Positions 31,131-40,992 of a stretch of DNA of 64,000 bases are shown here, piece after piece. Position 1 is the stretch's first letter; the number at the start of each line of letters is the position of its first letter. The stretch is from positions 55,702-119,701 of IMG/VR virus record IMGVR_UViG_3300027533_000013, one strand, 5' to 3'. The notes beneath the pieces were generated by a model. That model was not told the DNA's origin, ran no database searches, and saw nothing but the letters and a program-made list of their open reading frames with translations. Made by a program: the position numbers and the translations under genes. The DNA is from a virus (Duplodnaviria; Caudoviricetes).

Positions 31131-31610
31131 ATGGCGTTGAAGATCATATCGAAGCTGGAAGTCTCTCCAGTCATCGAGCCGGTGGCGGAACCGCAGAAGG
31201 TGCTGGTTCAGACCCCGACCTCAAATGTCGAGGCGATGACGATGGAATACATCGAGCTATACCGGAAATACACCTATTTCGAAGTCAAGGACATGGTCAA
31301 ACGGATGGACGATATCCGGAAGCAGTTACAGACCGTGGCCAACGAGACGATGGACGACAAGAAACCGGCCATCTTCACGTGTGCCGAGGGTGAGGTGGAA
31401 TTCTCGGAGCGAGGCACCAAGACCGAGGTGCCGAATCCGCTATTGCTGGTGAAAGTGTTGCTCGACAAGTTTGGGCCAGAAGCTACTGCTACTGCCGTGG
31501 ATATCGCACTGGGACCATTGCGGAAGTTGCTCAGTGAGCACGAACTGAAGAACTACTTGACGGAAGTCCCCGGAGGGCGCACGCTGAAATCTGTACGTCC
31601 AATCGGCTAG
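31131..31610 (+). CDS. Hypothetical protein
   Basis: Operon context. Confidence 0.6.
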   Translation: MALKIISKLEVSPVIEPVAEPQKVLVQTPTSNVEAMTMEYIELYRKYTYFEVKDMVKRMDDIRKQLQTVANETMDDKKPAIFTCAEGEVEFSERGTKTEVPNPLLLVKVLLDKFGPEATATAVDIALGPLRKLLSEHELKNYLTEVPGGRTLKSVRPIG

Positions 31611-31623
31611 CCAAGGAGGCACC

Positions 31624-31806
31624 GTGGGATTGCTGCAACTGATCATGATTTTGCTCGGGGTGGGGGCGTTGCTCTGGCTCGTGGAGACCGCACCATTCAT
31701 CTCGGCCACGATGAAGCCCATCATTCGGTGGGTGATCGTCGCCATCGTGATTTTGTGGCTCATTGCTTTGTTCGTCGGGGATATTCCGTTACCCATTCGG
31801 AGATGA
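31624..31806 (+). CDS. Small two-TM membrane protein (Thivi_2564-like)
   Basis: AGGAGG RBS; VGALLWLV...IIRWVIVAIVILWL. Confidence 0.65.
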   Translation: MGLLQLIMILLGVGALLWLVETAPFISATMKPIIRWVIVAIVILWLIALFVGDIPLPIRR

Positions 31807-32039
31807 TGCAAGACGATGTCGCGATGGTGGGGTGGACGATTTATTATCGTCCACTCGACTTCCCTGACCACTTTGCCGTTCGCATGTGGATGGTGGGTGA
31901 GGGGTCAGAATTGATCTGGCGCAACATCGCGTGTGTGTGTCGGACGCTGGAGGAAGCCCGAGAACAAGTTCCGACTGGCACGGTCTGTATGCCGCGTGAA
32001 GACGAAGATGATCCCGTGATTGTGGAAAGCTGGATATGA
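31803..32039 (+). CDS. Hypothetical protein
   Basis: ATGA overlap; TIY.RPLDFPDHFAVR...REDEDDPVIVESWI. Confidence 0.6.
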   Translation: MMQDDVAMVGWTIYYRPLDFPDHFAVRMWMVGEGSELIWRNIACVCRTLEEAREQVPTGTVCMPREDEDDPVIVESWI

Positions 32040-32233
32040 CCCAACGGCAGAAGGATGCCGCCAAGGCGTGGTGGGCCGAACGGAAAGCTAAGGGATTGTT
32101 CGTGCCGAAGCGCACAAAAGCTGAGAAGCGTCAGCGAGAGAATGTGGCACAGATGGCGAGACACAAGGCCAATCCAGAAATTCGACGTGCGCGTGATCGA
32201 GCACGCTATCATCGAAAGAAACATGACGGCTGA
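32036..32233 (+). CDS. Small basic protein
   Basis: ATGA overlap. Confidence 0.45.
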   Translation: MTQRQKDAAKAWWAERKAKGLFVPKRTKAEKRQRENVAQMARHKANPEIRRARDRARYHRKKHDG

Positions 32234-33179
32234 ACAGTGTGTGGCGTTTCTTGAAGCCCTGAGATGCACGCAGATACGGGTGAAGGACAACGGATGGGTG
32301 GAGGCTGCGTGCCCCTTGGCGAAATGGTTGCATAAGAAGCACGTCGATCACACCCCTTCGTTTGGATTGCAAGTCGCACCCGGTCAACGTAGCTGGTTCA
32401 TGTGTTTTGCGTGTCGGCAAGGGAGTGCCGAAGAATTGCTGTCCAGCATCGAGATGCACTCGCACATGAATGCGAAATACGACTTCGCACGGTGCCACCA
32501 GCTATTGCAAGACGAAGAATACGTGGTGCCACTTCCGGAGTATGGCGAGTTCGCCAGTGCGGCACAGGTGTTCGACCCGTGGCCACAATACTGGCTGGAC
32601 AGCTTTCAGAAAGCAGACTGGGTGATTGAGGCTATTCAGTATTTGACGCATCGAGGGGTGTCAGCTACCACGGTTCAGCAGTATGACCTGCGTTGGGATA
32701 TGAAGCGACAGATGCTGGTGTGCCCGTACCGTGACGTGTTTGGGCGGCTGGCAGGAGCCCGAGGTCGTGCCGTGGGGGATGCCACCCTGAAACACTACGA
32801 CTATACGTGGCAGGGTAAGAACAACGCGAGACTTTGTTGGTACGGCGAAGAAGTCCTGAACCTGCCCGGTCCTGTCGTGGTGGTGGAAGGCCAGTTCGAC
32901 TTGTGGAAGACCGCCACGGTGTTCCCGAAGACCGTCGCTAACCTCACGGCGAAGCCCACGCTGGAGAAAATGAAGAAGCTCGGGGACTGTGGGATGGTGA
33001 TCCAGATTCCAGACCGTGATGAAGCGGGGAAGGAAAGCATGCACCGGTATGCCAAGCTCTGTGACCAGCTTGAACTGGAATACCGTCCTATCTGGCTTGA
33101 TGAGGGTGTGAAAGATCCGGATGAGTGCCATCCGGACTACCTGAAGGAGAGAATCCTGCAATCAATTGCAGTCACTTGA
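32223..33179 (+). CDS. DNA primase (Zn-binding + TOPRIM)
   Basis: CP...H.DHTPSF...CFAC; VVVVEGQFD; DRDEAG; KDPDE. Confidence 0.88.
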   Translation: MTAEQCVAFLEALRCTQIRVKDNGWVEAACPLAKWLHKKHVDHTPSFGLQVAPGQRSWFMCFACRQGSAEELLSSIEMHSHMNAKYDFARCHQLLQDEEYVVPLPEYGEFASAAQVFDPWPQYWLDSFQKADWVIEAIQYLTHRGVSATTVQQYDLRWDMKRQMLVCPYRDVFGRLAGARGRAVGDATLKHYDYTWQGKNNARLCWYGEEVLNLPGPVVVVEGQFDLWKTATVFPKTVANLTAKPTLEKMKKLGDCGMVIQIPDRDEAGKESMHRYAKLCDQLELEYRPIWLDEGVKDPDECHPDYLKERILQSIAVT

Positions 33180-33204
33180 CAAACTGAGACGATGATGTTA
33201 AAGT
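33176..33204 (+). promoter_or_regulatory. Sigma70 promoter, preceded by the 14-bp palindrome
   Basis: TTGACA-17-TAAAGT with extended TG. Confidence 0.7.
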
Positions 33205-33248
33205 TCAAAGTTGATCCACCGCCGATCCAAGAAACTCAAGGAGAACCG

Positions 33249-34010
33249 ATGGCGTTCACATTCCTGAAGAAAGGCGCAGAAAGCGCCAAATTGGCTCAAA
33301 AAGCAGCCATGGAAGCCGAACAACGCAAGGCGGAACAAGGCAAGATGTTCCGGTTCTGGATGAAGGAAAAGGAAGAGGCCCGTATCACGTTTGTGGATGG
33401 TGACCTCAATGCTGACGGTCATCTGGTGCCACCCCGGTTTTACGAGCACGTGTTGTTTTTGAACGGATCGTGGAATAACCAGTTCGTTTGCCCCGAGAAG
33501 ACCAACCCCGATAGCAACGATAAGTGCCCGATCTGTGAGTCGGGTGAACGTCCGTCACTGGTGGCCCTGTTTACCGTCATCGATCACCGTCAGATTCAAT
33601 CGAACAAGGACAAGACGAAGGTCTACAAGGACCAGAAGAAGTTGCTGGTCGCCAAGGCCCAGACCTACGAGATGCTGAACAAGCACGCGACGAAGCGTGG
33701 TGGCTTGGCCGGATGCACGTTTGATGCCTCTCGTGTGGGCGACAAGTCCGCATCGGTCGGTAGCATGTTCGAATTCGTAGAGAAGCACGATATCAAGGAA
33801 CTTCAGGCCATCTACATGATCGAGAAGATCGATCCGAAGACGAACCAAAAGACCAAGGTCACGAATTTCACGCCTGCGAACTACGATACCGAGATCATCT
33901 ATCGTACGGGTGATGAACTTCGTAAATATCTGAAGGGAATTAACGACATCCCTTCTAGCGGATCACCAGCGGCTCCGGGTGGCGGTCCAGATTATTCGAA
34001 GGAGTTATAG
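33249..34010 (+). CDS. Single-stranded DNA-binding protein (gp32-like)
   Basis: RFW...ARITFVD...H...C...CPIC Zn site; position in the replication cluster. Confidence 0.65.
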   Translation: MAFTFLKKGAESAKLAQKAAMEAEQRKAEQGKMFRFWMKEKEEARITFVDGDLNADGHLVPPRFYEHVLFLNGSWNNQFVCPEKTNPDSNDKCPICESGERPSLVALFTVIDHRQIQSNKDKTKVYKDQKKLLVAKAQTYEMLNKHATKRGGLAGCTFDASRVGDKSASVGSMFEFVEKHDIKELQAIYMIEKIDPKTNQKTKVTNFTPANYDTEIIYRTGDELRKYLKGINDIPSSGSPAAPGGGPDYSKEL

Positions 34011-34013
34011 CTT

Positions 34014-35348
34014 GTGATTACCCAGCAAATACCGGTTCGAACGGGTGCAATGTCTACCTACCCCTATTCAGAGGGGTTGGAGAAAGCGTACACGTTCGAA
34101 TCGGCGTTTGATGGGGAGATCGTGTGTGGAGCCATCAAGCAGGGCAACATGTTGCTGGTGCCCCGTGAGAGCGTGCCCTACGCGATTCCTGAGAATGACT
34201 ACCGATCATACATTCCCGTGTCCGTGCCGGTGCCATGCACGTTCGTGCCCCGCAACGAGGAACAGCAGGCCCTGTATCTGAAGTCACTGAAGCTCCTACA
34301 GGGCGGTCAGAGCCACATGTTCGAAGCACCCACCGGGTGGGGCAAGACGGTCGTCGGTGGGGCCATAGCAGCCGCCGTAGGCCAGCCGACGCTCATCGTG
34401 GTGACCAAGGAAGACTTGATGCACCAGTGGCGGGATTCACTGACTCAGGTGCTGGGTGTGCCCATGAGTATGGTGGGGCAGATTCAGGGAGATATTCAGG
34501 ACTGGAAGGGGAAGCAGTTCGTCTTGGGGATGGTGCAGAGTCTGATGATCGAAGGCAAGTACCCACCCGAGATGTATCGGTATTTCGGATTCCAGATTCT
34601 GGATGAGTGCCATCAGATGGCGGCGGATTGCTTTGTGCGTGCCTGCCAGATGGTGTCAGCCAAGCTCCGACTCGGATTCAGTGCGACCCCGACACGGAAG
34701 GACGGGAAGACCAAGCTCCTGCACTGGCATATTGGCCAGATCATGGTCAAGGGCACGGTGATGACCGCGAAGCCCAAGATTTTGATTCGTCAGAGTAGCT
34801 GGTCCATTCCAAGACGCCGAGGTAAATACGGACAGCAGGGTCAACCGATTCCCCACTCGCCCGGTCGGATGATGCTGGTCAATAAGGCCATGGCCTCGTC
34901 GGACATTCGGAACATGGAAATCGTCAACTTCGTGCTACAAGCCTATAAACAAGGCCGTATCACGCTGGTTATGTCGGACCTGAGAGATAGCCACCTGAAC
35001 CGACTGTTTCAGATGTTGACAAATGAGGGCATACCGGGGGAAGATATAGGTTACTACGTCGGTGGAATGAGTAAGGCAGAATTGTCGCACACAAAGAAGC
35101 GACGTGTCGTCCTCGGGACGTATAAAATGTGCTCAACGGGCACGGATGTTCCTCACTGGGATACTTTGGTGATGGCGACTCCACGAGCCGATATTAAGCA
35201 ATCTATTGGCCGAGTGCTACGTGCGGTAGACGGGAAGAAACAGCCAGTGATTTTCGATCTGGTTGACAAGAACGCCATTTTCCAAGGATTCCATTTGGCA
35301 CGTCTAAAGCAATACTACGCTTTGGGCGCGGAAGTGGTTAAGGTCTAG
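34014..35348 (+). CDS. SF2 DExH helicase (UvsW/ResIII-like)
   Basis: APTGWGKT, DECH, SATP, QSIGRVLR. Confidence 0.92.
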   Translation: MITQQIPVRTGAMSTYPYSEGLEKAYTFESAFDGEIVCGAIKQGNMLLVPRESVPYAIPENDYRSYIPVSVPVPCTFVPRNEEQQALYLKSLKLLQGGQSHMFEAPTGWGKTVVGGAIAAAVGQPTLIVVTKEDLMHQWRDSLTQVLGVPMSMVGQIQGDIQDWKGKQFVLGMVQSLMIEGKYPPEMYRYFGFQILDECHQMAADCFVRACQMVSAKLRLGFSATPTRKDGKTKLLHWHIGQIMVKGTVMTAKPKILIRQSSWSIPRRRGKYGQQGQPIPHSPGRMMLVNKAMASSDIRNMEIVNFVLQAYKQGRITLVMSDLRDSHLNRLFQMLTNEGIPGEDIGYYVGGMSKAELSHTKKRRVVLGTYKMCSTGTDVPHWDTLVMATPRADIKQSIGRVLRAVDGKKQPVIFDLVDKNAIFQGFHLARLKQYYALGAEVVKV

Positions 35349-35352
35349 GAGA

Positions 35353-35805
35353 ATGGGTATGGCACTGATTTGGAAGACTCAAGAAGTAGCTGAGCCGGTG
35401 AAGGCCGGGTTCAGTTGGGACGCATGGTATGCGAAGAACAAGACACGCCTGTCGGAGAAGCGTGCCAAGCGGTATCGTGAGGACGTAGGCTATCGGAATG
35501 CGGCACTCGCCCGTAGTCGGGCACAGCGAGGCACGAAGAAGCCGACGCCTGCGGGTGACCACACGGTGTCGTTCAACGATGCCGCGCAGACGTTAGGCGT
35601 CACGGTGTGGGTGTTGCGTGAATGGCGACGGAAAGACTACTTCCCGGAGCCAACACGTCGAGATGGTCGTCTGTGGTTCGCGCCGTGGCAAGTTCACAAC
35701 CTGTCGTTTCTCGTGGACTACTTCGCCAAGCACGGATCGAGAGTGTCGGAGCAGACCCGTGCGGGATTGGAAGATATCGTTCGGTTGATCTATGCGAATT
35801 GGTAG
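35353..35805 (+). CDS. MerR-like HTH DNA-binding protein
   Basis: DAAQTLGVTVWVLREWRRKDYFPEP. Confidence 0.65.
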   Translation: MGMALIWKTQEVAEPVKAGFSWDAWYAKNKTRLSEKRAKRYREDVGYRNAALARSRAQRGTKKPTPAGDHTVSFNDAAQTLGVTVWVLREWRRKDYFPEPTRRDGRLWFAPWQVHNLSFLVDYFAKHGSRVSEQTRAGLEDIVRLIYANW

Positions 35806-35814
35806 GGAGTGAAC

Positions 35815-36183
35815 ATGGCGTTGAAGGTTGGGAAAGTCGTGTTGGGGAATTCGCAGGCGAAGACTCAGGGGGCAGATTACACGAAGCATCTGACCACGAA
35901 ACCGGTGACCGGGATGGTGACGTCATCCAAATCCGTCGCAGGCAAAGAGGTGGCAGCTTCTGCGTCTGAGACGAAGACGCTCCATCCCGGTGTGTTTTCG
36001 AACGGCATGTCCATCACGGTGGAAGGGGGCCGTGTCATCAATCTTGGGAACTACGAAACCGCCCGTATTGGTGTCACGATCACGGTGCCGTGCGATCCAA
36101 GCACACTGAACGAGGCATATAGTTTTGCCACAGAATGGGTGTCGTCAAAAATTGACGAGGCGGTTAAGCTGGCTAAAGAATGA
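35815..36183 (+). CDS. Hypothetical phage protein
   Basis: INLGNYETARI motif; GGGAG RBS. Confidence 0.6.
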   Translation: MALKVGKVVLGNSQAKTQGADYTKHLTTKPVTGMVTSSKSVAGKEVAASASETKTLHPGVFSNGMSITVEGGRVINLGNYETARIGVTITVPCDPSTLNEAYSFATEWVSSKIDEAVKLAKE

Positions 36184-36212
36184 TTGACAAATTGCTAGCC
36201 GTCTGGTAAGCT
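36184..36212 (+). promoter_or_regulatory. Sigma70 promoter
   Basis: TTGACA-17-TAAGCT with extended TG. Confidence 0.7.
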
Positions 36213-36242
36213 ACGCGCTCTCGCCATCGCAAGGAGTGCTCA

Positions 36243-37433
36243 TTGGCCTTAGTCGTGAAATCGACGGTCCCTCTGAAGCCTGTACCCGTGGTGCCCAAGA
36301 AAGACAAGGGCAAAGTTCCACCGTCTGGCAACCTGATGGAAGTTCTTGCTGGAATACGCAAGGACAAAGGCGACAAGGTCGTTGTCGCTGGGAACAAGAT
36401 TCCGGTCGTGCGACGGATGCCGACTGGTATCTTCGAATTCGACTTCTATACCGGTGGTGGCTTCCCCTGTGGCCGCTACAGCATCGTCTACGGCCCTGAA
36501 AGTTCCAACAAGACCAACCTCTGCCTGAAGGCGGTAGCGAACGCCCAGAAGCAGCCTGCACCCTGTAACAAGGCCATCTGGGTCAACGTCGAACAGAGCT
36601 TCGACCCTGTCTGGGCTGAGAAGATGGGTGTCGATACCCAAGAATTACTGGTGGTGAATGCCGGATATGGAGAAGAAGCCATCGACTTGGTGGACGCGCT
36701 TGTCAGGGCTGAAGACGTGGCTATTGTTGTGGTCGATTCAATGGCTGGACTTATTGCCTCCAAGGAGATCGCGCAGTCGGTCGAAAACTACGACATCGGG
36801 ACGTCGGCGCTCCTGATCAAACGCATGGTGAATAAACTCATGATTGCCTTTTGCGAATCGCAGAAGCGTGACCATGACCCGTGCGTCATCTTGATCAATC
36901 AGACCCGGTTCAAGCCGGGAGTGATGTTCGGTGACCCCGAGACGATGCCCGGTGGTGAGGCCCAGAAGTTCCTGTCCAGTCTCAGAGTCCGTGTCTACGC
37001 CAAGAACATCATCGATAAGGGCACCAATACGCTGGTGTTCAAGGATACGTCTGCCATCATCAAGAAGGCCAAGGTGCCCGTCAGGGCGACCAGTTTTGAC
37101 TTCAAGCTGTGTGTCCATGCCCATGATGATTTGCAGGTAGGTGAGACAGACAGTTTCCACATGGTGAAGTCCTACCTACAGGCTCTCGCCTTCCTGTTGA
37201 AGACCCCCAAGGGGTACACCATCGGAAAGACCACGTTCCCGACGCTGACCGCGATGCAGGAACGGTATATGAAGGACAACAAGTTCAAGCTGCTTCTTCA
37301 GGGCATGGTCATCGATGCCTACAAAGATAAGTTGATGCTGGTGGAAGAAGCCGATTTTTCACCCAAGGAAGTGCAGCCGGGGACACCTGTGGGTGTGCAA
37401 CCAATTGCAAATGGAGAGGAAGATGCCCAATGA
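36243..37433 (+). CDS. recA: RecA-like recombinase
   Basis: GGGFPCGR...YGPESSNKT, VVVDS, INQTR, FGDPETMPGG. Confidence 0.92.
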   Translation: MALVVKSTVPLKPVPVVPKKDKGKVPPSGNLMEVLAGIRKDKGDKVVVAGNKIPVVRRMPTGIFEFDFYTGGGFPCGRYSIVYGPESSNKTNLCLKAVANAQKQPAPCNKAIWVNVEQSFDPVWAEKMGVDTQELLVVNAGYGEEAIDLVDALVRAEDVAIVVVDSMAGLIASKEIAQSVENYDIGTSALLIKRMVNKLMIAFCESQKRDHDPCVILINQTRFKPGVMFGDPETMPGGEAQKFLSSLRVRVYAKNIIDKGTNTLVFKDTSAIIKKAKVPVRATSFDFKLCVHAHDDLQVGETDSFHMVKSYLQALAFLLKTPKGYTIGKTTFPTLTAMQERYMKDNKFKLLLQGMVIDAYKDKLMLVEEADFSPKEVQPGTPVGVQPIANGEEDAQ

Positions 37434-37752
37434 TTTGCCAGAGATGGTCAATCTGAAAGAGATAACCGTTGAGGAATTCATGGAGGAATATCGGCGTCTT
37501 GGCCATGCTATTCAGACTGGTGTCGGTTATGAACACGAATACGGGTCACAGGATGGTACGCCCAAGCATTTGCGAACGGGACTGGCCAATGTGATGTCTG
37601 ATTTGGGTTCCATCGGTCGGTTGTTGATTGCCAAGGGAGTCATCACCGAACAGGAGTATTTCCACGCCATTCTTGAGGGATTGAAACAAGAAGTGGCTGT
37701 CTACGAACAGAGGTTGGAAGCACGTCTCGGGGCCAAGATTACGCTTGCATAG
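37423..37752 (+). CDS. Hypothetical phage protein
   Basis: HAIQTGV...PKHLRTG...LLIAKGVITEQEY. Confidence 0.65.
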   Translation: MPNDLPEMVNLKEITVEEFMEEYRRLGHAIQTGVGYEHEYGSQDGTPKHLRTGLANVMSDLGSIGRLLIAKGVITEQEYFHAILEGLKQEVAVYEQRLEARLGAKITLA

Positions 37753-37760
37753 GAGAAGTC

Positions 37761-38120
37761 ATGAGACAGATTGACATGCACCACGACGGGCACGACCTGA
37801 ATGAGTCCATCGTTATCGTCACGGACGATCCGGACCAGAGTGGTGCCGCCCACAACTACGACCTGTCCATCAAGGGCACGAAGGTGGGCCTGATTCAGTT
37901 CCAGAAGGGTCCACGCAACGAAGAAGGCTCGACACCCGGTGTGACGGAGGCTGCGGTCTTGGCCATCCTCATTGACCGTCTCCGTGGCTTTCAGGCGGGT
38001 CCGTATGCCTGTCGGGAGAACGCCATCCAACTCACGAAGCTGGAAGAGACGTTGATGTGGACGAAGGAACGAGCGCACGCACGAGCGAAGCGCGGTGTGC
38101 TGGGCAAGAATGTCAAGTAG
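37761..38120 (+). CDS. tad1: Tad1-like anti-defence nucleotide sponge
   Basis: GAAHNY...IQFQKGP...LIDRLRGFQ...CRENA..LTKLEE.LMW...RGV.G follows the Tad1 family pattern. Confidence 0.75.
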   Translation: MRQIDMHHDGHDLNESIVIVTDDPDQSGAAHNYDLSIKGTKVGLIQFQKGPRNEEGSTPGVTEAAVLAILIDRLRGFQAGPYACRENAIQLTKLEETLMWTKERAHARAKRGVLGKNVK

Positions 38121-38128
38121 GAGTTACC

Positions 38129-38494
38129 GTGGACCTATCTTTTGATCAGCTACGTGCCGCCAACGTGGAGCGGTGTGAGACGGCGTTTCACTCGATTGAG
38201 GCGTGGGAGCCGTGGTCGTGGTCGAATGCGATGGCCGGAGAGTGTGGTGAAGCCTGTAATCTCACCAAGAAGATGCAACGCATCTGGCCTGCCAACCAAT
38301 ACATTCTGAACTGGAATAAGACCGAGGACCAGCGGTTGGAAGAGTTGGCTGAACGTCTGGCTGGGGAGATTGCCGATGTGGTGATCTACGCGGATCTGTT
38401 GGCCGCACGTATTGGTAGGTCACTCGGTGAGTGTGTACGTCAGAAATTCAACGAGAAGTCCGAGGAGATTGGTAGCCCAATTCGATTGCCATGA
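38129..38494 (+). CDS. MazG-like nucleotide pyrophosphohydrolase
   Basis: AGECGEACN...GEIADVVIY...KFNE. Confidence 0.85.
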   Translation: MDLSFDQLRAANVERCETAFHSIEAWEPWSWSNAMAGECGEACNLTKKMQRIWPANQYILNWNKTEDQRLEELAERLAGEIADVVIYADLLAARIGRSLGECVRQKFNEKSEEIGSPIRLP

Positions 38495-38859
38495 GCAGCA
38501 ATCCGTATCTGAATCGGTTGGCCAACGCAGGGACTAATGCTCACGGGAAGAAGTCTGAGAAGCGGGTAGCCAAGTCCATGGGAGCCAGACTGCATCCGAA
38601 TTCAGGAGCGATGCGTGGGGCGAAGTCGGATGCGAGTCTCCCCAAGTTCCGGATGGAGATGAAAAGTTCGACCACGAAGACGGTGCCCATCGACATGGCG
38701 TGGCTCGTGAAGATCGCTCATGAAGCGTTGGCGCACAATCAAGCACCGGTCGTGGTGGTGTCCTTTGTGGACCCGAGAGGTGAACCCCGCATGAAGCAGT
38801 ACGCGGAGTGGGTGATGATGCCCAAAGCCGTGTTTCAGGAGTTGACGCATGAAGACTGA
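38491..38859 (+). CDS. PD-(D/E)xK nuclease, Holliday-junction-resolvase-like
   Basis: SEKRVAK...NSGA...KSD...EMKS. Confidence 0.7.
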   Translation: MSSNPYLNRLANAGTNAHGKKSEKRVAKSMGARLHPNSGAMRGAKSDASLPKFRMEMKSSTTKTVPIDMAWLVKIAHEALAHNQAPVVVVSFVDPRGEPRMKQYAEWVMMPKAVFQELTHED

Positions 38860-39055
38860 ACTGCGAGTGGCTTCGCATACCATTGTTGGTGGAGCCATGG
38901 TGGTGGAGATTTGGCATGATGGAAAGTTCATCGGCCAAGTGACTGGTGCAGATGGGCCGGGAGTGCGGGTGATTTCGAAGTATCCGATGCTTCCACAGTG
39001 GCATGCGGATCAGGCGATCAAAGCGGTAGAAATCAAGATTGCTTCTGGTGATTAG
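38849..39055 (+). CDS. Hypothetical protein
   Basis: AGGAG RBS. Confidence 0.5.
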   Translation: MKTELRVASHTIVGGAMVVEIWHDGKFIGQVTGADGPGVRVISKYPMLPQWHADQAIKAVEIKIASGD

Positions 39056-39057
39056 TT

Positions 39058-39276
39058 ATGCCGAAGACGAAGTATGCCACCCTCGTGTTCAGTGATGGAC
39101 GCCTACTGACCGTGACGGTAGCCGAGGAAGGGTGGCCACCGGTTATTGAACACACGGATATCAAGGCTACTGGGGCGACTCATCGTGATAAGACGCTGGT
39201 GGTCCGAGAGAAGGTCGTGAAGTTTCGTTACTACGGGTGTCAGTACGGTATTGGTGCCTATGTTGAGCAACCCTAA
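39058..39276 (+). CDS. Hypothetical protein
   Basis: Operon packing. Confidence 0.5.
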   Translation: MPKTKYATLVFSDGRLLTVTVAEEGWPPVIEHTDIKATGATHRDKTLVVREKVVKFRYYGCQYGIGAYVEQP

Positions 39277-40187
39277 TGTCGTCGTGGCTGTATAACGCTA
39301 TCCATCAAGCGACTTACCCCAAGCACTCCATCATCGGGGTATTGAAGCGTCAGTTGGGTGGCCAGCAACCCGGTCGCTCGATGAAGATCGTCCACGCATC
39401 GGACGTGACCAAGGTGGATTTTTGTCCGAGACGGTGGGCACTGTTTGATCTGTTTGAGAAGGAAGCTCAGCCTCAGTATGTGGCGACGGCTATGGACGTG
39501 ACCTACCAGATGGGATTCCATGCCGAGACATTGGTGGTCGAGGAATGGGCTGGAGATGCCGTGGTGGGCAACTGGAAGTGCCGCTGGTGTGATGAGCAGC
39601 GGTCAATGGTGCCCAAGCCCTCGGGCTACTGCAAGGTCGTGCCAGAGAGTGCCATCCCCATCAGGAGACACTGGTGGAAGCACCTTCAGATGGTGGTTGA
39701 GGCTCCTGAGTATGGGATTCAGGGTGGCGTCGATGCCCTGTTCAACATCGGTGCTCCGCAACTGACGATTACCGAAGTCAAGACCATGAATCCCACGGAG
39801 TTTGAGGCGATTGTGGCACCATTGCCTGAGCATCGACTCCGGACCAATCTCTACATGTGGATTCTGGCCAATTCCAAGCATCCGTTCAAAGACAAAATTA
39901 ACGTGCAGGAAGCCCGTGTGCTGTATATTAGCCGGGGCTATGGAAAGCTGAACGCCGAGTGGAACGAGATTCTGCCGTTCAAAGAGTTTGTCGTCAAGCG
40001 GAATGACCTAGACCTGAATGAATTCCTGAAGAGAGCCAAAGCATTGAAGGTGTTTCGGGATCAAGGTCTGATGCCCAGCGGCATCTGTGCGACGGCATTG
40101 GACAAGATTGCTAAGAGTTGCAGTGTGTGTGCTCCCTGTTTCTCGGGTAAGTATTCGGCTGGTAAGTATCCGCCAAAGGTTGAGTGA
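39276..40187 (+). CDS. Cas4-like/PD-(D/E)xK exonuclease with Fe-S cysteines
   Basis: HASD...CPR; GGVD...EVKT; C-terminal C..C...C. Confidence 0.75.
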   Translation: MSSWLYNAIHQATYPKHSIIGVLKRQLGGQQPGRSMKIVHASDVTKVDFCPRRWALFDLFEKEAQPQYVATAMDVTYQMGFHAETLVVEEWAGDAVVGNWKCRWCDEQRSMVPKPSGYCKVVPESAIPIRRHWWKHLQMVVEAPEYGIQGGVDALFNIGAPQLTITEVKTMNPTEFEAIVAPLPEHRLRTNLYMWILANSKHPFKDKINVQEARVLYISRGYGKLNAEWNEILPFKEFVVKRNDLDLNEFLKRAKALKVFRDQGLMPSGICATALDKIAKSCSVCAPCFSGKYSAGKYPPKVE

Positions 40188-40408
40188 TGATCTGGTTGCT
40201 CGTATTCGTGTCGGTGTTGGTCGTGGTGATTCTCGTCGTGGTGCTCTGGCTTCTCTATCGTTTTCATGAACTGGATGCGCTGATGCAGAAAGCATCGGTG
40301 GTGATTCATCGGGTGGACGAAGAACTGCCGGAAGTGGTCAAGGACCGCATTTGTCAAGAGTTACCCGATATCCTCATGAAGCGATTCGATCAGGATCTCC
40401 CGAGTTGA
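40184..40408 (+). CDS. Small membrane protein
   Basis: N-terminal TM helix. Confidence 0.5.
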   Translation: MMIWLLVFVSVLVVVILVVVLWLLYRFHELDALMQKASVVIHRVDEELPEVVKDRICQELPDILMKRFDQDLPS

Positions 40409-40887
40409 AGACGGTCGGAATAGACCCTGCGACCACCACGGGCATGGCCTTGGTGGGGAACGGTGGGGACCGGGGTAAGACGGTTCATGTCCCGAAGCTG
40501 CGGGGGTTTCTGCGGCTGCAACTGATTGCCAATGAAATCTCCGAGACGCTGTTGGTGTGGGAACCGGAGTTTGTGGCCATCGAAGACTATGCCTACGTGA
40601 AGAACGTGGATGCCTTCATCACATTGGTGGAGGTCGGGACGGTCATCCGGATGACCATGAAGGAACTTGGCGTTCCATGGGTGGATGTGCCGCCTGCGGT
40701 CCTGAAGCGATGGACCACTGGCAAGGGAAATGCAAAGAAAGACGAGATGGCCGTCGCGGTTAAGAAGCGATGGCAGTTTGCTAGCCACTCACACGATATC
40801 GTGGATGCTATTGCCTTGGCCCAGATGGCGCAGCTTGGGTGGCCGGGAATTCTGGAAATAAAAGGTGTGACGGTGGGCTGGAAATAA
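40405..40887 (+). CDS. ruvC: RuvC-like resolvase
   Basis: GIDP, VAIED, GKGNAKKDEM, DIVDAIALA. Confidence 0.85.
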   Translation: MKTVGIDPATTTGMALVGNGGDRGKTVHVPKLRGFLRLQLIANEISETLLVWEPEFVAIEDYAYVKNVDAFITLVEVGTVIRMTMKELGVPWVDVPPAVLKRWTTGKGNAKKDEMAVAVKKRWQFASHSHDIVDAIALAQMAQLGWPGILEIKGVTVGWK

Positions 40888-40899
40888 CCTTGAATTGTG

Positions 40900-40928
40900 T
40901 TGACAAACGATTTTCGGCTGGATACAGT
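40900..40928 (+). promoter_or_regulatory. Sigma70 promoter
   Basis: TTGACA-17-TACAGT. Confidence 0.65.
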
Positions 40929-40992
40929 GGACCTACCCTAAATTTGGGGTCTTTCGTTGGGCTGTAGTCCAAGGAGTGGAAAGGGAGAGGTT

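Noticed and set aside
35353-35805. The phage's own HTH gene (or the AP2 domain at 49386) as a self-target of the decoded guides
   Set aside because: Codon positions 1-2 do not match the decoded strings beyond generic similarity.
39276-40187. Cas4-like nuclease as part of the RAMP system
   Set aside because: It lies 20 kb away in a standard recombination cluster, and solo Cas4-like nucleases are common in phages.
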